Shown here one piece after another: positions 34,599 through 47,295 of a stretch of DNA of 64,000 nucleotides. A model generated the notes under the pieces. The model made no database searches. It saw nothing but the letters and a program-made list of their open reading frames with translations, and was not told the DNA's origin. This DNA is from Macrostomum hystrix (Eukaryota; Animalia; Platyhelminthes). The translations under genes were made by a program, and so were the position numbers. The stretch's first letter is position 1. Every line of letters starts with the position of its first letter. Location of the stretch: NCBI GenBank assembly GCA_950097015.1, contig CATNEN010000038.1, forward strand, positions 14,942,001 through 15,006,000. Reading direction: 5' to 3'.

Positions 34599-35528
34599 TG
34601 CTGTCTTCAGTGGGCTAATGTTGACAACTTTGTTTGTTTAGTTGCGTGTGGCAACTTAAAAATAATTTCGCACTATGCTTAATGTGTAATATGATTATTT
34701 CAAACAAAATATTTATAAGGTACTTATAAACTTATCATAATATGTTATGATGTTAATATGCTTTAAGAATCGGGTAATGAGTTTCGGTAATGACTACGAT
34801 GAGCTACGAAAAGAAGGGAAATATAGGCTTTAGTTAATTAAAAAGTAAATACGCAGCTGTTTCTTTATAAAATTGCGTAATGAATACTCACAATGTTAAA
34901 TAATATATATTCAACGTTTGTTTGCATTTGTCTTGTCTATTCAGTGACAAATTTGAATGTTTTTTGCATAATTAATTATAACAAAGGCACTGTAAAATTT
35001 TGCTTTATGACATGATTACTGTAGTTTTTATTATTTTATTAATAGAAAGTATTGGTTTATTATTATTTTTTTATGTAACTAATAAAGATCAATGCAAATA
35101 ATGATAGGAATCACCACAAAATTACAAAACAGAAGACATACATGTGTAGCATAACAGTCAAAGAAATATTATCAGTCATGGCTTGTCAATCATTCGCCTT
35201 AGTTGAAATTACTAAATCAAAAGTAGCACCGAAAGCAATTTTGGAGACAAAAAAAAGTTTTGTTTTTTTCTACTAAAATCGAATATAAAATAGGCGATAT
35301 TCGTTAAGCGCTACTTAACTCGTCAAGTAAGTAGTCATATGAGAGCAAAAATTGAAACTAGAAAGTGAATTGATTAGAGAAAAATAAAAACCCGCACAAT
35401 GATCTACAAAAAAGTGACAAAAAAACTGAGCTATTCCTGACTTACTGTCAAACATGCGTGTCACTAGATTGTTGAGTATTGCCTAAATTTGTTCTATAGT
35501 AACTGTCATTAAAATATCAATCAAAGAA

Positions 35529-35593
35529 TCAGAGTTTCGACCTGGCAGACTGCTCCGGGCGGTTGTAGCCAGTTTGTTGGCCAATCAGTGTGT
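35529..35593 (-). CDS. GNPAT: GNPAT last exon, ending in PTS1 (-SKL)
   Basis: TTTCAG acceptor, phase 1; DTLIGQQTGYNRPEQSARSKL*. Confidence 0.85.
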
Positions 35594-35847
35594 CTGAAAT
35601 GGAATTTGTGGTACCAGCTTTGGCGGAAGGGTGGGTGTAGCGACCTCCCACAGTCCACGGACTGAACAGCTGTACACAGTTTTTAGATGCCACTGGCTGT
35701 ACATTTAAACTAACAGTGTTGGGCGTAATTCTCCCTGTTTCTACGTTTCTAGATCCCATCAAATCCCAAAAGTATCCCACTCAGCAAATATCTAGAACCC
35801 AACATCATCCCACTCCCTATATTTAAATTTCTATAAAATCCACTCAC

Positions 35848-36404
35848 CCAGAAGATCCCTAAGCTGAGCAAGGCCTTCAAAGTCGCAGCTAGAGCTAGCG
35901 TCGGCTTTGCCATCGGAGGCCGTCTGTTTGACGAGGATCCGCAGCCTGTGCAGTCCGTGCACCGCGTTCACTAGCAGGTCAAGCGAGACAGCCTCCCAGC
36001 AGTCCCACAGGCTCCCATTGTCGCATTGATGGTTGACGTTAGCCAGCTTGTTCAACGCCAGCTTCTGGGCTGCCAAAGCAATGACCCGTTCCGACCTGGC
36101 CGCAGCCAGTTCAGGCTGTTGTAGCAGGGCTGAGCACACCAGCTGGCAGCCAATCAGACAGGGCCTGAGGCAGGCTCGGGCAAACTGGCGCAATCGAATC
36201 GAGTCTGGGCCGCAAGTCGAAACTGGCGAATTCGGCAATTTTTCTAAGTCGGCAATGGTTGGAAATTCTCTATGCAGCAGGTGGCGCAGGGTGTTGAAGA
36301 CTGCCTCGGCGGACCTCGGCGTTGAATAACTGGCGGTGGACGATGCAGCCGCGATGGCGGCGTCGGTCGTTGCCACTTCAATCAGGTGGCACATGATGTG
36401 GTTT
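35848..36404 (-). CDS. GNPAT: GNPAT exon (C-terminal region)
   Basis: YR|NHIMCHL junction; LRHLLHREF; AVSLDLLVNAV; GTGAGT donor. Confidence 0.82.
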
Positions 36405-36464
36405 CTAGGAAATTGAATCGCAATAGCACAGGTCCAGTAGAATTAACGGAACGTAAGACAGGCG

Positions 36465-37070
36465 GATAACAGGGGGAGAAGAATGGGGTAAAACAGGGGA
36501 GGAGAATGGGGGTAGAACAGGGGAGGAGAATGGGGGTAGAACAGGGGAGGAGAATGGGGGTAGAAAGGGGAGGAGAATGGGGGTAGAAAGGGGAGGAGAA
36601 TGGGGTTAGAACAGGGAGAGGAGAATGGGGATTGAACAGAGGTGGAGAATGGGGATTGAACAGAGGTGGAGAATGGGGATTGAACAGAGGTGGAGAATGG
36701 GGGTAAAACATGGAGGATAATGGGGGTAGAACAGGGGTGGGGAATGGGGGTAGAACAGGGGAGGAGAATGGGGGTAAAACAGGGGAGGAGAATGGGGGTA
36801 GAACAGGGGAGGAGAATGGGGGTAGAACAGGGGAGGAGAATGGGGGTAGAACAGGGGAGGAGAATGGGGTTAGAACAGGGAGAGGAGAATGGGGATTGAA
36901 CAGAGGTGGAGAATGGGGATTGAACAGAGGTGGAGAATGGGGATTGAACAGAGGTGGAGAATGGGGGTAAAACATGGAGGATAATGGGGGTAGAACAGGG
37001 GTGGGGAATGGGGGTAGAACAGGTGGAGGAGAATGAGGGTAGAACAGGGAGAGAAGAATGGAGTAGAACG
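36465..37070. repeat. Intronic 24-bp purine-rich minisatellite with 264-bp duplication
   Basis: GGGGAGGAGAATGGGGGTAGAACA units; identical blocks at 36690 and 36954. Confidence 0.9.
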
Positions 37071-37116
37071 CGACAAGAAAGTGTAAAGTGTACAAAGGGA
37101 ACAGAAATGCGCAGAC

Positions 37117-37526
37117 CTGTAGGAGCACAGCTGCAGTCGCAGAGCCGCCCTGGCCTCTAAATCTCCGTCGGGCGCACCAACCAGAGCTACAGACTCAACA
37201 TCCTGGGCCTTGACCAACTCGATCAGGTCCGAATGAAGTCGGCACTGCTCGCGAATGACCGCCTCGGGCGTTGATTGGCTGCCAGGCTGAGCCGGCCAGT
37301 CCAGATTGGCCAGGCCGCCAATGTCGGATAGGCGAAGCCGGAGCCAATCAAGATCGGCGGCCAAAGCGGCCAATGGTACGGGACGCTCTGCTCGCGCGTC
37401 GGCTAGAAGTAGGCCGGCTATGAGGCAGAACGGCGACACGACGGCGTTTAAACAGTGGCGCGATATGGCGTGGTGAGCCACGGCTTTGAGCATGCGAATT
37501 TCCGAATCGGTCAATTGGGCTTTTAC
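37117..37526 (-). CDS. GNPAT: GNPAT exon
   Basis: CAG acceptor, phase 0; AVAHHAISRHCLNAVVSPFCLIA...LQLCSYR. Confidence 0.8.
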
Positions 37527-37594
37527 CTGTTCGAAGGCGTGTTATAATCGTGTAAATCTCATACAAAATATCACATATATATTATTAGCTCGTG

Positions 37595-38025
37595 TCCTAC
37601 TCAACTATTTCTAAATCCTGTTAAAAACTGTGCTCAAATTTACTTGGCGGTACTTAACCGTTCTTAAATCCTACTCAAGTGTTCTCAAATCCAACTCAAC
37701 TTTCTTAAATCTTACTTAATCGTTTTACAATCCTACTTAAGTATTCTCAAACCCTACTAAACTGTTCTCAAACTCTACTAAACTGTTCTCAATTCTTACT
37801 GAACTGTTCTCGAATCCAACTAAACTTTCTTAAATCCTACTCAATCATTCTCAAATCCTACTTAACTGTTCTCGAATCCAACTTAATCGTTCTGAAATCC
37901 TACTTAACTGTTCTGAAATCCTACTTAACTGTTCTTAAATCATACTCAATCATTCTCAAATCCTACTCAATCATTATTAAATCCAACTCAATCATTCTCA
38001 AATCCTACTCAACTGTTCTCAAATA
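37595..38025. repeat. Degenerate intronic ~23-bp repeat (AAATCCTACTTAACTGTTCTC)
   Basis: Tandem repeat. Confidence 0.8.
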
Positions 38026-38086
38026 CAACATAAATTTCTATGCTATCCCATTGTCTACAATTTGACAGCAGAATTCTTCAATTCAC

Positions 38087-38376
38087 CTTGGGCGCTAGGC
38101 TGTGCACGGATCTGTCAACACCGCCATAGTCGGCGGCAAATTTTCTCAAAGAAATCGGCTCGTCAAAGTAAAAATGCACGCTGCCAAAGTCTTCTTCTAG
38201 TAGGGCGCGAGCTTTCAACAGTCCGGAGGTGCTCTCCTTGGGCTTTGGCACGCCTAGCAGCTCGTAGGCGTACAGTTTCTGTTCTAGAATTCGATCGTAG
38301 CTAATGCTGACAGGCACCAGGTAGACGTCAGGTACTTCGCACATGAACCAGGACTCAAGGATGGCGCCTAGCATGC
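38087..38376 (-). CDS. GNPAT: GNPAT (dihydroxyacetone-phosphate acyltransferase), most 5' identifiable exon
   Basis: [41 protein letters not shown]...[15 protein letters not shown], the GNPAT signature region; the 4-exon partial model is phase-consistent (439 codons plus stop). Confidence 0.93.
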
Positions 38377-38944
38377 CTGAGTGGTTAATGGAGTGAGTGC
38401 ATGCTTAGCAATCACGTTGCCGGAGCAGAGCAAAAATAATAGAATTTATTACACCTGCCCCAATATGGTCAGTCCATGGACAGGGGAGGGACGCCACACC
38501 CACCCTCAATTACCCCAGCTTGGGTGAATTGAACCCAGTTTCTCGTACTATAAATATAGTGTGGTCATTGCCTCGTAAAAAAATTTAGATACCTGCATTT
38601 ACTGGCGCCTATCTCCATGGACTAAACAGCTGTACACCCATCCCAACTAGGTTAGGTGAGAAATCTGAATAGATAAATCCCTATGCGGTGTTTTTATCCT
38701 TCGAATTTTACGTTAGAAGTGATAGCGATAACCAAATAATCGATGCGCTTTCTTTCGGCACAAAAACCTGTTGAATGCTACTTACAGTAGCAAAACTTGT
38801 CATATGAGTTAAATAGTAGTAAAACTATCATGGTAGCAGCTAATTAATCGATATTTTAATTTTGATAATCGTCAGAGTGTATTTTTGTAACAACATTAAC
38901 TAAAACAACTCGTTTATGCGAACATGTGTTCAGAAGATTTATGT

Positions 38945-39410
38945 GTCTTATCTTTCCTGTCTCGTGTCTTATCTCACTACTGTCTCATCTCTCCGCTCCG
39001 TCATCTCACTACTGTCTCATCTCTCCGCTCCGTCATCTCACTACTGTCTCATCTCTCCGCTCCGTCATCTCACTACTGTCTCATCTCTCCGCTCCGTCAT
39101 CTCACTACTGTCTCATCTCTCCACTCCCCCATCACTCTACTGTCTCATCTCTCCACTCCCCCATCACTCTACTGTTTCATCTCTCCACTCCCCCATCACT
39201 CTACTGTCTCATCTCTCCACTCCCCCATCACTCTACTGTCTCATCTCTCCACTCCCCCATCACTCTACTGTTTCATCTCTCCACTCCCCCATCACTCTAC
39301 TGTCTCATCTCTCCACTCCCCCATCACTCTACTGTCTCGTGTCAAATATCTCCCGTGTCTTACCTCTCCCGTGTCATCTCATCTCATCGTCTCATCTCTC
39401 CCCTGTCTAA
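38945..39410. repeat. Pyrimidine-rich 32-35-bp minisatellite (CTACTGTCTCATCTCTCC...)
   Basis: Tandem repeat. Confidence 0.9.
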
Positions 39411-39959
39411 TCGCTCTTTTGTCTATGCGTATACACATAATGTGTATTGTTTACACAAGATCAATATGAATATTTTTGCTATCATCATAGCAATTAATAA
39501 TAATGCCTTGCAATGATTCTAACCAGCATTTTAACCATCCGTGGACAAGGCCGCTCTCTCTGTGCGTGTGTTGTGTTAACAATATTAATCAAACACTGCG
39601 GGTGGCCTTCTGATATATATATATATATATATGATTTTCCAATTTAACACCCTACACTAACATACCCACAGACACATGCTAAGGCTCTTTGTCCCTGCCA
39701 GTCAATAATTACTCAAACACATGATCGGGCGAGATCGCCCTTCAATCAGTTAAAATGTCCCAATCGGAAGGGTTAGATTTCCCATCTATGACCGATCTGA
39801 TCCCGCTGCGGGTTTCCGCATATTAAATATCCCCCACTGTGTCATTTCTAGCATTATAACAAACTCTGTTGGCAAATAGTTGGAAAAAACTTTTGGGAAG
39901 TGTGGATAGAGTAAATTCTTAGTTTGCCATTCCAATTTATACAGTGCTGCTATGACTTT

Positions 39960-40615
39960 CCTCCGTCATCTACTCTCATTCGTCATATCTCCCCTGTCTT
40001 AACTCTCCCGTGTCATATCACTCTTTTGTATCGTCTCTCTACTGTCTCACCTTTCTCCTGTCTTATCTCTCTACAGTCTCATCTCTACCCATGTCTTCTT
40101 GACTCTAATCTCTGGCCTATCTAATCTCTCACCTGTCTTATCTCTCTACTGTCTTATCTCTCTACTGTCTTATCTCTCTACTGTCTTATCTCTACTGTCT
40201 CATCTCTCTCCTGTCTCATTTTTCTGCTGTCTCATCTTTCTGCTGTCTCATTTCAACCTTGTCTCACCTTTCTCCTGTCTCATCTCTCTACAGTCTCATC
40301 TCTACCCGTGTCTTCTTGACTCTAATCTCTGGCCTATCTAATCTCTCTACTGTCTCATCTTTCTACTGTCTTATCTCTCTACTGTCTTATCTCTCTACTG
40401 TCTTATCTCTCTACTGTCTTATCTCTCTACTGTCTTATCTCTCTACTGTCTTATCTCTCTACTGTCTAATCTCTCTCCTGTCTCATCTTTCTGCTGTCTC
40501 ATCTCAACCTTGTCTCACCTTTCTCCTGTCTCATCTCTCTACAGTCTCATCTCTACCCGTGTCTTCTTGACTCTAATCTCTGGCCTATCTAATCTCTCAC
40601 CTGTCTTATCTCTTC
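39960..40615. repeat. Pyrimidine-rich repeat (TCTCTACTGTCTTATC)n with ~220-250-bp higher-order units
   Basis: TCTTGACTCTAATCTCTGGCCTATCTAATC recurs at ~40097, 40314 and 40565. Confidence 0.85.
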
Positions 40616-41238
40616 CGAGTCTATGTGGCTTTTAGATTATCTACTTGGCAGGCAAGAGTATACAATCAGGACCACAGTTGCATTAAACGATGATGATTAG
40701 TAACAGGTGACAAACATGGGGCCACCAAATCCTGTCCATCACAGCCTAGATGGTGTCTGTCAAACTCTCTGTCTTGAATTTGTTTTCGCACCAAATTGCG
40801 TGCGAAGCTGGGCACGGAGTGATTTAACTTATAAAAAACGACTAGTAACAACTGATGGATTATTATTAAAAAGAGGCTATCGTCAAGTGCTAGAAAAAAC
40901 AACAATGGCTAACACGGCAACTGGGGAACCGCTTGCGTAGACTTGGTCATTGACTGCTACTATAAAATCTGGTCTCCAAATCATTCAGTTTCAGAAGTGC
41001 CAATCATCCAAAAGAATAATTTCAACACACAATCAGTTCTGGCCATCGTGGGAAATATGGTTATCCTTTGTTATGGCAACATTTTAAAACATAATGGTGT
41101 TGCTATTTGTTCTGAAATTAAGATTAGGATCTATCATTACGCATTATGCTCATCACAAAACGAATTTATAATAATATTTTGTGATTATTATTTGCTGAGG
41201 GGCTGTGGTTATTGTAGTATTTTGGCGACAATCGACCA

Positions 41239-41288
41239 CTAACCCTAACCCTAACCCTAACCCTAACCCTAACCCTAAACCTAAACCA
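41239..41288. repeat. Short interstitial telomere-like (CCCTAA)n tract
   Basis: ~6 perfect units followed by ACCTAA variants. Confidence 0.9.
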
Positions 41289-43034
41289 ACGCCGAAACAC
41301 TGGTTTAGGTATTCTATTTAGTTTTTTATTCTACCTGTCTTTTAGTGTTGTGCAGCAAATTTTTAAAGCCAAGCTGAACAAACTTAGCTCACCTAATCTA
41401 GGAAGGAGGAAGTCAAACAAGTGTGCTACACATGTAAAACGCTTCTAGTTAACCATTGTTAACTGGCTTGGTGTCAAATCTGCATGCTAGGCCAGCAGCT
41501 GCAGGAATGCGACCTGCTCAAAACTCAAAAATTGTAGAGAATAAATTGTAGAGAGGAAAAAACAACTGCAGGTGCCACAGTCAGCCAGCCAGTCCACTTA
41601 GCTACCTGAGTGCAATTGAACAAATAGAGGAATCGGAAGCGACACTTATGGCTAGCCCAGAGAAAGAATGGAATAAAATGAATGCTTTTAACATGAAGTG
41701 TATAAGCACACATACACACTGCATAGTGTGATCTGACAAGCTTGCTTTGTGTTGTTTAGTCAGCTAAAGCCACAGGCCGTAGTTAAATAGATTTCGCTCT
41801 TTTAAATAAATTTATAAGGGCTGAGCTTACTGTGCTCAGGAATATACGCAAATTTAACTGGAAGCCAGCTGGCCGAGCAGTGCATTGGTTCGAATCCACG
41901 CGGTCAACGCGACAATTGATTGAAGAGGCCAGTTCACTAAGGCTCGGGGTTCGGGTAACGAAATTAGTTTTTAATTCCTTCAATTGCTAGTAGCACAATC
42001 TCTGCAGCCTATATGTATCGAAAAAAACACAAACCAGGTAGAGATTTGTGAAATAAACGGTAGTTATTTCTAATTGAGCGACTTTATGGAATCAGCTCCT
42101 ATCAGAAAAAAATTATCCTGAAGTTGAGTTTTTAGAAGAATGCTGAAAAGTGAAGGGCGTCTCATTGTGACGGAAATCCCCCTCGACAAGAAGCATCGGC
42201 TTTCTTCCCCCCCCCAATTTCATTAGGGTGTGCGCAATTTAACTCTCATTTTATTTTATTTTCTTGCTTCAAAAAACGTTGACTATTACTCCGGTCAGCG
42301 TCCTCCACTTCACGCTGTTGTCCCATGTTTGAGGCCTGAGTCGCCCCTACTGCATAGCGGCTTGAAAAGAGCTAATCCATAGGCTTTTTTGTTAAGTGGC
42401 CATACAGGGCCAGGTTAGAGCGATCGGAACTTGGGTATTAACAAGTGTTTCCCTTCCACTCTCCGAGGTGATCAAAAGCCAAGTCAGCCCAGTCAGCAGC
42501 AGTGGTAGCAAAGTTATAATAACACAGCGAGTATCGACTTATAAAGGCCAGGCAGTTCCGCTAAACCGCTGCTTTTCATTTTCTTCTGTTGCTCTTTGGT
42601 CGGCTCTGAAGTGCGGGACCTTGCTGCTGCTGCTGCAGCAGTTTTAAGAGAGACTTGAAGTGCTGCACACAACCCTATATAGTTGAGTATCTGAGCTCAA
42701 CTCAACCCAAAAGCGTCTCCCGCAAATTTTTAATTAACCTCCTCGCCCTTATCCCCCACTTGGCTCCCACTTCAATTCAGGCGGAGTATAGAAAATTTCT
42801 CCAAGCGCTTTTAAAAATGAATAACTTCTCTACAGAAATCAACCAGTGTGAGTGTATTATGATTGGGCGAGTGACATTGGCTTATAATACTTGTTGAATA
42901 ATGCCTTGCTGGCTTCAATTCTACACGAGGCCTAAAATAAGCTATTGAATACGCATTGGTCTTGCAATCATAGACCTGTCGCTTAATTATACAACTACAG
43001 GTATTAAAACAACTGTTTGCGTTAGCTGTTAGCT

Positions 43035-46000
43035 AATCTCTTCTCTACCTCATCTACTCTCTATCTGATCTAGTCTCTATCTGATCTAGTCTCTATCTGA
43101 TCTAGCCTCTATCTGATTTAGTCTCTATCTGATCTAGTCTCTATCTGATCTAGTCTCTATCTGATCTAGTCTCTATCTGATCTGATCTATCTGATCTAGT
43201 CTATATCTGATCTAGTCTCTATCTGATCTACTCTCTATCTGATCTAGTCTCTATCTGATCTAGCCTCTATCTGATTTAGTCTCTATCTGATCTAGTCTCT
43301 ATCTGATCTAGTCTCCATCTGATCTAGCCTCTATCTGATCTAGCCTCTATCTGATCTAGTCTCTATCTGATCTAGTCTCTATCTGATCTAGTCTCTATCT
43401 GATCTAGTCTCTATCTGATCTAGTCTCCATCTGATCTAGTCTCTATCTGATCTAGTCTCTATCTGATCTAGTCTCTATCTGATCTACTCTCTATCTGATC
43501 TATTCTCTATCTGATCTAGCCTCTATCTGATCTAGTCTCTATCTGATCTAGTCTCTATCTGATCTAGTCTCTATCTGATCTAGTCTCTATCTGATCTGAT
43601 CTATCTGATCTAGTCTCTATCTGATCTAGTCTCTATCTGATCTAGTCTCTATCTGATCTAGTCTCTATCTGATCTAGCCTCTATCTGATCTAGTCTCTAT
43701 CTGATCTAGTCTCTATCTGATCTAGTCTCCATCTGATCTAGCCTCTATCTGATCTAGCCTCTATCTGATCTAGTCTCTATCTGATCTAGTCTCTATCTGA
43801 TCTAGTCTCTATCTGATCTAGTCTCTATCTGATCTAGTCTCCATCTGATCTAGTCTCTATCTGATCTAGTCTCTATCTGATCTAGTCTCTATCTGATCTA
43901 CTCTCTATCTGATCTATTCTCTATCTGATCTAGCCTCTATCTGATCTAGTCTCTATCTGATCTAGTCTCTATCTGATCTAGTCTCTATCTGATCTAGTCT
44001 CTATCTGATCTAGCCTCTATCTGATCTAGTCTCTATCTGATATAGTCTCTATCTGATCTGATCTATCTGATCTAGTCTCTATCTGATCTAGTCTCTATCT
44101 GATCTAGTCTCTATCTGATCTAGTCTCTATCTGATCTACTCTCTATATTAACTGATCTCTATCTGATCTACTATCTATTGGTTCTACTCTTTATCTAATC
44201 AAATCTCTATCTGATCTAGTCTCTATCTGATCTAGTCTCCATCTGATCTAGTCTCTATCTGATCTAGTCTCTATCTGATCTAGTCTCTATCTGATCTACT
44301 CTCTATCTGATCTATTCTCTATCTGATCTAGCCTCTATCTGATCTAGTCTCTATCTGATCTAGTCTCTATCTGATCTAGTCTCTATCTGATCTAGTCTCT
44401 ATCTGATCTAGCCTCTATCTGATCTAGTCTCTATCTGATATAGTCTCTATCTGATCTGATCTATCTGATCTAGTCTCTATCTGATCTAGTCTCTATCTGA
44501 TCTAGTCTCTATCTGATCTAGTCTCTATCTGATCTAGCCTCTATCTGATCTAGTCTCTATCTGATCTAGTCTCTATCTGATCTAGTCTCCATCTGATCTA
44601 GTCTCTATCTGATCTAGTCTCTATCTGATCTAGTCTCTATCTGATCTACTCTCTATCTGATCTATTCTCTATCTGATCTAGCCTCTATCTGATCTAGTCT
44701 CTATCTGATCTAGTCTCTATCTGATCTAGTCTCTATCTGATCTAGTCTCTATCTGATCTAGCCTCTATCTGATCTAGTCTCTATCTGATATAGTCTCTAT
44801 CTGATCTGATCTATCTGATCTAGTCTCTATCTGATCTAGTCTCTATCTGATCTAGTCTCTATCTGATCTAGTCTCTATCTGAATCTACTCTCTATATTAA
44901 CTGATCTCTATCTGATCTACTATCTATTGGTTCTACTCTTTATCTAATCAAATCTCTATCTGATCTAGTCTCTATCTGATCTAGTCTCCATCTGATCTAG
45001 TCTCTATCTGATCTAGTCTCTATCTGATCTAGTCTCTATCTGATCTACTCTCTATCTGATCTATTCTCTATCTGATCTAGCCTCTATCTGATCTAGTCTC
45101 TATCTGATCTAGTCTCTATCTGATCTAGTCTCTATCTGATCTAGTCTCTATCTGATCTAGCCTCTATCTGATCTAGTCTCTATCTGATATAGTCTCTATC
45201 TGATCTGATCTATCTGATCTAGTCTCTATCTGATCTAGTCTCTATCTGATCTAGTCTCTATCTGATCTAGTCTCTATCTGATCTACTCTCTATATTAACT
45301 GATCTCTATCTGATCTACTATCTATTGGTTCTACTCTTATCTAATCTATCTGATCTAGTCTCTATCTGATCTAGTCTCTATCTGATCTAGCTCTCTATCT
45401 GATCTATTCTCTATCTGATCTAGTCCTCTATCTGATCTAGTCTCTATCTGATCTAGTCTCTATCTGATCTAGTCTCTATCTGATCTAGTCTCTATCTGAT
45501 CTAGCCTCTATCTGATCTAGTCTCTATCTGATATAGTCTCTATCTGATCTGATCTATCTGATCTAGTCTCTATCTGATCTAGTCTCTATCTGATCTAGTC
45601 TCTATCTGATCTAGTCTCTATCTGATCTACTCTCTATATTAACTGATCTCTATCTGATCTACTATCTATTGGTTCTACTCTTTATCTAATCAAATCTCTA
45701 TCTGATCTAGTCTCTATCTGATCTAGTCTCCATCTGATCTAGTCTCTATCTGATCTAGTCTCTATCTGATCTAGTCTCTATCTGATCTACTCTCTATCTG
45801 ATCTAGTCTCTATCTGATCTAGCCTCTATCTGATCTAGTCTCTATCTGATCTAGTCTCTATCTGATCTAGTCTCTATCTGATCTAGTCTCTATCTGATCT
45901 AGCCTCTATCTGATCTAGTCTCTATCTGATATAGTCTCTATCTGATCTGATCTATCTGATCTAGTCTCTATCTGATCTAGTCTCTATCTGATCTAGTCTC

Positions 46001-47295
46001 TATCTGATCTGATCTATCTGATCTAGTCTCTATCTGATCTAGTCTCTATCTGATCTAGTCTCTATCTGATCTAGTCTCCATCTGATCTAGTCTCTATCTG
46101 ATCTAGTCTCTATCTGATCTAGTCTCTATCTGATCTACTCTCTATCTGATCTATTCTCTATCTGATCTAGCCTCTATCTGATCTAGTCTCTATCTGATCT
46201 AGTCTCTATCTGATCTAGTCTCTATCTGATCTAGTCTCTATCTGATCTAGCCTCTATCTGATCTAGTCTCTATCTGATATAGTCTCTATCTGATCTGATC
46301 TATCTGATCTAGTCTCTATCTGATCTAGTCTCTATCTGATCTAGTCTCTATCTGATCTAGTCTCTATCTGATCTACTCTCTATATTAACTGATCTCTATC
46401 TGATCTACTATCTATTGGTTCTACTCTTTATCTAATCAAATCTCTATCTGATCTAGTCTCTATCTGATCTAGTCTCCATCTGATCTAGTCTCTATCTGAT
46501 CTAGTCTCTATCTGATCTAGTCTCTATCTGATCTACTCTCTATCTGATCTATTCTCTATCTGATCTAGCCTCTATCTGATCTAGTCTCTATCTGATCTAG
46601 TCTCTATCTGATCTAGTCTCTATCTGATCTAGTCTCTATCTGATCTAGCCTCTATCTGATCTAGTCTCTATCTGATATAGTCTCTATCTGATCTGATCTA
46701 TCTGATCTAGTCTCTATCTGATCTAGTCTCTATCTGATCTAGTCTCTATCTGATCTAGTCTCTATCTGATCTACTCTCTATATTAACTGATCTCTATCTG
46801 ATCTACTATCTATTGGTTCTACTCTTTATCTAATCAAATCTCTATCTGATCTAGTCTCTATCTGATTTAGCCTCTATCTGATCTAGTCTCTATCTGATCT
46901 AGTCTCTATCTGATCTGATCTATCTGATCTAGTCTCTATCTGATCTAGTCTCTATCTGATCTAGTCTCTATCTGATCTACTCTCTATATTAACTGATCTC
47001 TATCTGATCTACTATCTATTGTTTCTACTCTTTATCTAATCAAATCTCTATCTGATCTACTCTCTATCTGATCTAGTCTCTATCTGATCTGATCTATCTG
47101 ATCTAGTCTCTATCTGATCTAGTCTCTACCTGATCTACTCTCTATATTAACTGATCTCTATCTGATCTACTCTCTATATTAACTGATCTCTATCTGATCT
47201 ACTCTCTATATTAACTGATCTCTATCTGATCTACTATCTATCGGATCTACTCTTTATCTAATCTAATCTCTATATGATCTACTCTCTCTCTCTGT
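43035..47295. repeat. 4.2-kb 16-bp satellite (TCTAGTCTCTATCTGA)n with higher-order structure
   Basis: Period 16; a diagnostic ATATTAACTGATC...ATTGGTTCTAC block recurs at ~44145, 44894, 45292, 45636, 46382, 46780 and 46986. Confidence 0.97.

Noticed and set aside
39720-39750. LIEGRSR on the minus strand as the GNPAT EGTRSR motif
   Set aside because: Lacks the Thr and the flanking similarity, has no convincing exon context, and coincides with a short palindrome
41239-41288. True chromosome end
   Set aside because: Only ~6 units with ordinary sequence on both sides
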